Positions 20,601 through 24,000 of a stretch of 24,000 nucleotides of DNA are shown here, piece by piece. This stretch comes from Blastocatellia bacterium (GTDB lineage Bacteria; Acidobacteriota; Blastocatellia; UBA7656). How positions within the stretch are numbered: position 1 is the first letter of the stretch; each line of letters opens with the position of its first letter. A program made the position numbers and the translations under genes. The notes under the pieces were generated by a model. The model had not been told where the DNA came from, did not search any database, and worked only from the letters and a program-made list of their open reading frames with translations. The stretch spans positions 89,851 through 113,850 of the forward strand of contig DATENM010000145.1 in NCBI GenBank assembly GCA_035275065.1, written 5' to 3'.

Positions 20601-22517
20601 GTGAGTTTCGTCAACTATGCGACGCGGCGCAAGAACAGTGATGGCGATGTCAGCGGCCTCGATCCGCTGGTGCGCGAGATCGCGAATCGAGCGCGCGGCG
20701 ACGCCAGGCTCACTGGTGACGTGGCGACTTTCTTCCACACCACGATGACCGAGCTTGGCGAGAATACCTCGATTGGCGAGTTGCTGATCGGTGAGAACCT
20801 GTTGCCCGAATCGGCGCTGGCCAGCATCTATCGCGCCGTCCATCAACGCTTGAGCGATCATGCGGCGGCGACGTTTGGCACCAGTGGTTATGAGACCGGC
20901 GAAGCGTCGCGGGCGCTCGGCGACTTCCGCCGCCAGTTCATCGATTACATGATTCGCAACCGCCAGTTCGACGAAGCGCGGCTGCTGGTGGCGACGATTA
21001 AGCATGAGCTGTCTGACGCACGGCTGGCGCTCAAGGCGCAGGGCGGCGACGACAGCGGCCCGACCGATGCAGAGACGCGTTACAACTGGGTGCCGCTGGC
21101 ATCGGCGCTGATCGAGCTGCGCGCCGGCAAAGATGCCGCCAAAGCCATTGCCGAGCTGCGGATGTATTGCGGGCTGGACAGCGCCGAGGGCAAGCCGTCG
21201 GGAGTTGAGCAAGAAGACGGCAGTCGCGTTCACGGCGAATGTATTAACGCTTACAATCTGCTGCTCGCCGAAGGCCGCGAAGCCGACGCCGATGCGTTGC
21301 TCTATGACGCTTATCGCGTGGCGGCGCGGTCGCGGGCGATTGACGAAGGCAGCCTCGCGGGGCTGGCCGAAATCGAAGCGCGCCGTAATCACCCGGAAGA
21401 GGCGTCGCGCTGGCTGCGCTTGCTGGTCGAGCGTTCAACCGACAACCTGCGCGCCCTGCAACTGGCCGCCGAAACCGCCGCCCGCATCGCGCATTACAAT
21501 GAAGCGATTGATTTCCGCGAGCAACTGGCGCGTGCCAATCCTGACGACGCGACCAACCGGCTAGAGCTGGCGCGGGCGATTGCCGCTTCCGGCAAGCCCG
21601 CTGATGCGCTCGAACGGATTGCGGCCTTAATTACAGAACGCGCGACGCCGAACCGCATCCGAGCGCAGGCCGCCGAAACCGTGGCCGACCTGGTTCGCGC
21701 TGACCGCTCGCTCGCTTCGCGTGCCGCATCGCTCTTTGAGCAGAAAGCCGCGCAGGGCGACGCCGGCGCATTGCTGGCGAGTGCAGCGGCGAGCGAAGCG
21801 GCGGGCAACGCCGGCGAAGCGCGCGCCGCGCTTTCGCGCATCACCGCGGGGTCGCTGGCGGCGGTGGCGCAACTGAAGCTCGGCGTCATCGCGCTTGCCG
21901 CGAACAATCAGCCAGAGGCGACGGCGAGCTTCGAGCGCGCGCTCTACCTGGACGCCGATGGCGAAGTCACCGAATCGGTGACCTACGCGATGGCCGGCCC
22001 GCGCGCCCAACTGATCGCGCTCTACAGCCGCGCCTCGCGCGACCTGGCGGCGGTGCGGCTTGCCGAAGAGGGCGGTGATTCAGGCAGCGAGCAGGACAAG
22101 CGCGCGCTGCTTAGCACAGCCGTTCGCCGGGCGCTCACCGCAGAGAATCAGCAGGCGAATAATGCAGAGGTCGAAGTTTCGTTCCAGCCGTCAATGGACG
22201 TGGCGCGGGCGCGCAGCAAAGGCTTGCGCACCATCGCCGAGCTGAACGACGCGGCGGTCGCACGGCTGCGGGTTGATCTGGTCGCGGCGCTCGTCGAATC
22301 GGCGGCGCGGCTCGGACAGTTGGATCGCGCCATCGCGCTCGAACGGCTGCGCGCCATCGAAGCGCGCAAGCCTGAGGAGAAGACCGCGATTGAAAAACGG
22401 CTCGCCGAGCTGCTGGCCGCCGAACAGGCACGGCAGGCGCGCGGCGCGCAGCTCTTGCGCATCGATCAGCAGAACACGTCGGGCGCGATCTTCACCGCGC
22501 GGGTGATCGGAAGATAG
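14691..22517 (+). CDS. Giant exported/anchored tetratricopeptide-repeat protein (~2,600 aa)
   Basis: Track ORF from GTG 14685; ATG 14691 preferred (aggt SD-like). Signal/TM MRKRIFLTVAIVLSVASLAVATLFA; numerous TPR-like helices, e.g. LLVQYPKDARLHLHAARLSERLGQFDKAATEMAQYADL, ALDLYKRTLARAQGPNRRLLTLQYARRLSEANKLTDAEATLRAF, ALERIAALITERATPNRIRAQAAETVADLVRAD. Confidence 0.88.
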   Translation: MRKRIFLTVAIVLSVASLAVATLFAQRAAQRAKTSTPNAAGGQATAKGKPPANRNQSAATAPLRQPDPNRAPQAAVDEALYTKEEFFGTQASVARPYAPALERVGTLLVQYPKDARLHLHAARLSERLGQFDKAATEMAQYADLRRRSPDALRRLAVFYHNRARFADEVKTLVELGKALPVTERAPIYKQAAGIVRAYSLKEYKPADFFAELVAADPSNIQPVKDYVEELQLAENRKEALEVLTTFQPKFAGQLAYFLKTRAAILEAQGDRRAAEQVYDAAFDPTWPRAISGDYYELLRRFGRYRAVRRGLQERARTASDLNTVARLFSIYSYEGNFEPASRLLRDLEARRAGRASSRPATTGGNAQPAAVSASWNGRELETVAALFASVGDFDQASRYLYTLYLTGGLQPGSASREEALHRLFRVMLDAAGTPTRVAAGDLSLYKDVAQVDAHPGFMNGVLSLILSGTNPASEYATQEKAAASYFNRAFAYRIFTAFKQEYAQSKYLADMYLGVTEVFAGLGEHRLAIEAGREFQQLYPTSPHYTDVSLRIADAYVALKDRAGERAVLNDLLDRLARSRPKGRPLIATTAKRWTYGISPAFDKLVDRIRYNIEAYSDTYDPTEDSSATSSNEGDSDVDADEPTNFGDESDKRGPTYSSVLERYVASLAADEKKTETVTFFWNEIRKHPGEEGLYERFLRWLGSAELVNEQLKAYNTAIRQFDSNTWYHRLARWYVRQKRGRELQRYSRQLISIFDEEDITEYLLRFAGYGASAAGDSLNWDQKLAFDLYSYAHQRFPQNLFFVRGMLTYLANNKEVGPWAQLSAQYYFADRSIREPFLAYLSSNNQLRDRYQKARSQESGVRSQNTGATVTTYHVFAADAALWLSHHDEAIDAYRQLTALYPGEPQYADRLADLTRSFGQRSDKLYEESAQVLSHMAEIYPSEHSYRIKAGEAYAELGDFKRAGAEWNKLTQLEPGERNTYLEVATVFWDYYQFDDALRVFKELRSQTGDPTIYAYRMGAVYEGKGDIDAAIAEYVKVLPEPGDGRSTVAKRLAQLSRRAGLADKIAAAYNQARTAKPDDWQLVIGYALYNAERDHQAEALAGLRTEVSRSSNVEFLESVRDLFQYILRPEDEQQVIARLTQVARDEREAMTYRLQLAAFLERHNQVDEAIKNIDKLVADYPTNVGVVEEASQFYWRAGLLDRALDLYKRTLARAQGPNRRLLTLQYARRLSEANKLTDAEATLRAFYNENRSDTEVFSELARTLGAENKMNDLAALYQDAFKDVKESGLTGDDAKAQVADLRAGLIRTYTALGKFNEAVDQHIEIINLFPEDAERLATAYEYAEAHNLLDRLTAYYEKLTKESYKNYRWQVVLGRVYERRGNLAGATEQYRNAVTNEPERTDFRLTLANLLTRQRRYDDAITVLREGWQLAGRDPSWLTEVARIQVLQGKRDDAVQTLRQALASKKETKVADQIVVAQRLASWGLYAEAVRIYETALAAYPKVMKDEYLGGDAISGYVQALVRTQPAGQVYQKLARMRSQYAAIGSNSSDTDSYRAKNVVQYIDSALRTDFARGVIDYAGSQDAAAVAQALTAETAKLTAYTDADELRRYLGIARSANLVEVEERLQTRLKDVAYEGRPKNAPQPTTQDTSYYSELRALVAFYDRHAAYAKAAEVIAGELKRDPYKDRFDYQNQIATQYRLAGDTTRELESLRAAYQSASGAEVTTNTDWVERYLTLLYAANQRDELERIAAADSPYQLQLVNFLIEKNDKALARRAINSAARSVAWKASRSGEVGLFMRDTSAETEGFFKRALDIKSIGDMLNRKVDGNQTLVGDDWFVAARNYGYWLGLTPQRGKESLDFIAGEIEGHPSSEKAQLELAAYYLDHKDLTRAAAHTELAAELAPASTDVIIARGLLAMARGDRKAASEQWGRLLSGRVSVADAQTYLKLMADNNMLREALPPLQNFIVSFVNYATRRKNSDGDVSGLDPLVREIANRARGDARLTGDVATFFHTTMTELGENTSIGELLIGENLLPESALASIYRAVHQRLSDHAAATFGTSGYETGEASRALGDFRRQFIDYMIRNRQFDEARLLVATIKHELSDARLALKAQGGDDSGPTDAETRYNWVPLASALIELRAGKDAAKAIAELRMYCGLDSAEGKPSGVEQEDGSRVHGECINAYNLLLAEGREADADALLYDAYRVAARSRAIDEGSLAGLAEIEARRNHPEEASRWLRLLVERSTDNLRALQLAAETAARIAHYNEAIDFREQLARANPDDATNRLELARAIAASGKPADALERIAALITERATPNRIRAQAAETVADLVRADRSLASRAASLFEQKAAQGDAGALLASAAASEAAGNAGEARAALSRITAGSLAAVAQLKLGVIALAANNQPEATASFERALYLDADGEVTESVTYAMAGPRAQLIALYSRASRDLAAVRLAEEGGDSGSEQDKRALLSTAVRRALTAENQQANNAEVEVSFQPSMDVARARSKGLRTIAELNDAAVARLRVDLVAALVESAARLGQLDRAIALERLRAIEARKPEEKTAIEKRLAELLAAEQARQARGAQLLRIDQQNTSGAIFTARVIGR
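17256..17288 (+). repeat. Intragenic AGTCAGG heptamer tandem repeat (about 4 units) within the giant TPR gene
   Basis: agaagtcaggagtcaggagtcaggagtcagaat; encodes RSQESGVRSQN in frame; same motif as the 3509-3597 repeat. Confidence 0.9.
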
Positions 22518-22529
22518 AAGGTGATAGTT

Positions 22530-24000
22530 ATGAAAACCACAAGAGCGTTTGTCGTTCTCGTCCTTGTCATTGCGGCGCTGTGGCACGCGTCAGACGGCCA
22601 GCCGCAGCGGCCCCTTGCCGATCAACTGCGATTGGCCGGGGCGCTGCCGCGCGGCGCGCTCGTTTATGTGCAGGCGCGCGACCTGTCGGCGTTGATGAAG
22701 GCGTGGATGGCTTCGACCGTGCGCAACAAGTTTTACGCCAGCCCGAGCTACACCGCCTTCTCGAAGTCGCGCGTCTTTTTGAAATTCCAAGACCGTCGCG
22801 GCGACTTTGAAAAGGCGCTCGGCTTCGGCATTGACGAAGACCGGCTGACGGAGCTAGCGGGCGGCGCGTCGGCAGTGGCGGTCTATGACATCGGCAAGCT
22901 CGACATGGCCTTTGTCACCGAACTGCCGCGCGAGCGGGCGCTGCTGACCACGATGTTCAAAAGGCTGCCGCAGTTTCAGGAGCGCAATGCCGACGGCGGC
23001 ATCTACTACGCCAAGGACGTGCAGACCGACGGCGGCAGGCTCAGCCAGCAATTCTGTTTTGCGCACGTCGGCGGCAAGTTGATCGTGACGACGAGCGAAG
23101 GCTTGATGATCCGCGCCCTCGCCGCGGTCAAGACCAACGGCGCGGATTCGCTGCTCGGCGACGTGATGGCGCTGGCCGAGCAGGCCAAAGGTTTCGCCAC
23201 GCACGACCTGACGATCTGGCTCGATCAGGCGCGCTTGAACCGCGACCGCCTGTTCAACAGCTACTGGATTCATCAGAACGTCGGCAAAGAGTTGAACGGC
23301 ATCGAAAGCGGCTTGCTCGACCTGCGCATCACGGCGCAAGGGTTGACCGAGCAGCGTTACTTCAAGTTGGCGGCCGGGGGCCGGGGGCCGGGGGCCGGTT
23401 CGCAGGCCGATGGTGAAGCGGGCTCGTTGAAAGGCAGTGACGCGGCGGCGCTGTTGAAGTTCGCGCCCGCCGACGCCCAGCTCGCAGAGATTCATCCACA
23501 GGTCAAAGCCGAAGACCTGGCCGATACCGTGACCAGTGCGCTGTTCGGCCACCTGCCGACCGCCGAACCGACGCGGCCCGATGTGTCGCGCCCGTCTTCC
23601 TCGGATGACGACAGCGGCGGGCGCACAGAGCGTTACAGCCAGCTCGATGCGCGCTTTGACGTCGACGTTGACGACGAGCAAGCGCCGCCGCGCGGCAACG
23701 CGCCGGCTCGCAAAGGCAAGGCAGAGGCCGCGCCGCAGACCGGGCCGACTTCGTTCGTCGCCGCGATGACCAGGCTCGCGCCGGTGGCGGTATGCGAGCT
23801 GACGCGCTCGAAAGCCGATCCCGACCGGCCATTCGTTCACTTCGAGCGCGCCGTGGTTGTTGAGATGAAGAGCGAAGCGGCGATAGACCGCGCGGCGCTC
23901 GAACGCGCCATCGTCGAAGAGATGCGGGCGCGTTTCGTCGTCGCCGGCGTAGACCCGCGCTTCACCTGGCAGGATGACGCTGGCGTCCGCGTGCTCGGCC
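22530..24000 (+). CDS. Exported protein, partial (runs off window); possibly DUF3352-like
   Basis: Absent from the track because it is open-ended. Manual translation is open from ATG 22530 to the window end: MKTTRAFVVLVLVIAALWHASDGQPQRPLADQLRLAGALPRGALVYVQARDLSALMKAWMASTVRNKFYASPSYTAF... SD-like aaggtg 7 nt upstream, 12-nt gap after the TPR gene stop. Confidence 0.85.
   Translation, partial: MKTTRAFVVLVLVIAALWHASDGQPQRPLADQLRLAGALPRGALVYVQARDLSALMKAWMASTVRNKFYASPSYTAFSKSRVFLKFQDRRGDFEKALGFGIDEDRLTELAGGASAVAVYDIGKLDMAFVTELPRERALLTTMFKRLPQFQERNADGGIYYAKDVQTDGGRLSQQFCFAHVGGKLIVTTSEGLMIRALAAVKTNGADSLLGDVMALAEQAKGFATHDLTIWLDQARLNRDRLFNSYWIHQNVGKELNGIESGLLDLRITAQGLTEQRYFKLAAGGRGPGAGSQADGEAGSLKGSDAAALLKFAPADAQLAEIHPQVKAEDLADTVTSALFGHLPTAEPTRPDVSRPSSSDDDSGGRTERYSQLDARFDVDVDDEQAPPRGNAPARKGKAEAAPQTGPTSFVAAMTRLAPVAVCELTRSKADPDRPFVHFERAVVVEMKSEAAIDRAALERAIVEEMRARFVVAGVDPRFTWQDDAGVRVLG
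23373..23398 (+). repeat. Intragenic GCCGGGG heptamer tandem repeat
   Basis: gccgggg x3 followed by gccgg; encodes AGGRGPGAG in the partial 22530 gene. Confidence 0.85.

Noticed and set aside
20442-21392. 316-aa minus-strand ORF inside the TPR gene
   Set aside because: Antisense shadow; no motif or supported start.
22854-23840. 328-aa minus-strand ORF at the right end
   Set aside because: The plus-strand frame from ATG 22530 is open to the window end, has a signal peptide and SD, and explains the region; the track missed it because it is truncated.

Overview
High-GC bacterial chromosomal window. The codon usage and protein types would fit an acidobacterium, but the taxonomy is inferred only. 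Supported genes: an HlyD/RND-type periplasmic adaptor (-); a zinc-ribbon/degenerate-kinase/PP2C phosphatase fusion (+); a small hypothetical and a primary-type sigma-70 factor (+); a strong bidirectional terminator; a zinc-ribbon hypothetical (-); an anchored DUF3352-like protein (+); a PgsA-type CDP-alcohol phosphatidyltransferase (-) with a promoter that overlaps its over-called start; then a co-directional block (+) of membrane-anchored beta-propeller, VIT/vWA protein, ~2,600-aa exported TPR protein, and a second possible DUF3352-like protein running off the window. That last gene is missing from the ORF track. Most interesting observations: (i) the degenerate-kinase/PP2C fusion; (ii) the propeller-VIT/vWA-giant TPR-DUF3352-like block, a candidate envelope system; (iii) heptameric (7-bp) tandem repeats, one family (AGTCAGG) as an inverted pair downstream of the PP2C gene and again in frame inside the giant TPR gene, and another (GCCGGGG) in frame inside the last gene. 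No rRNA, tRNA, CRISPR array or transposase was recognised. Large antisense ORFs in the track look like GC-driven shadows.
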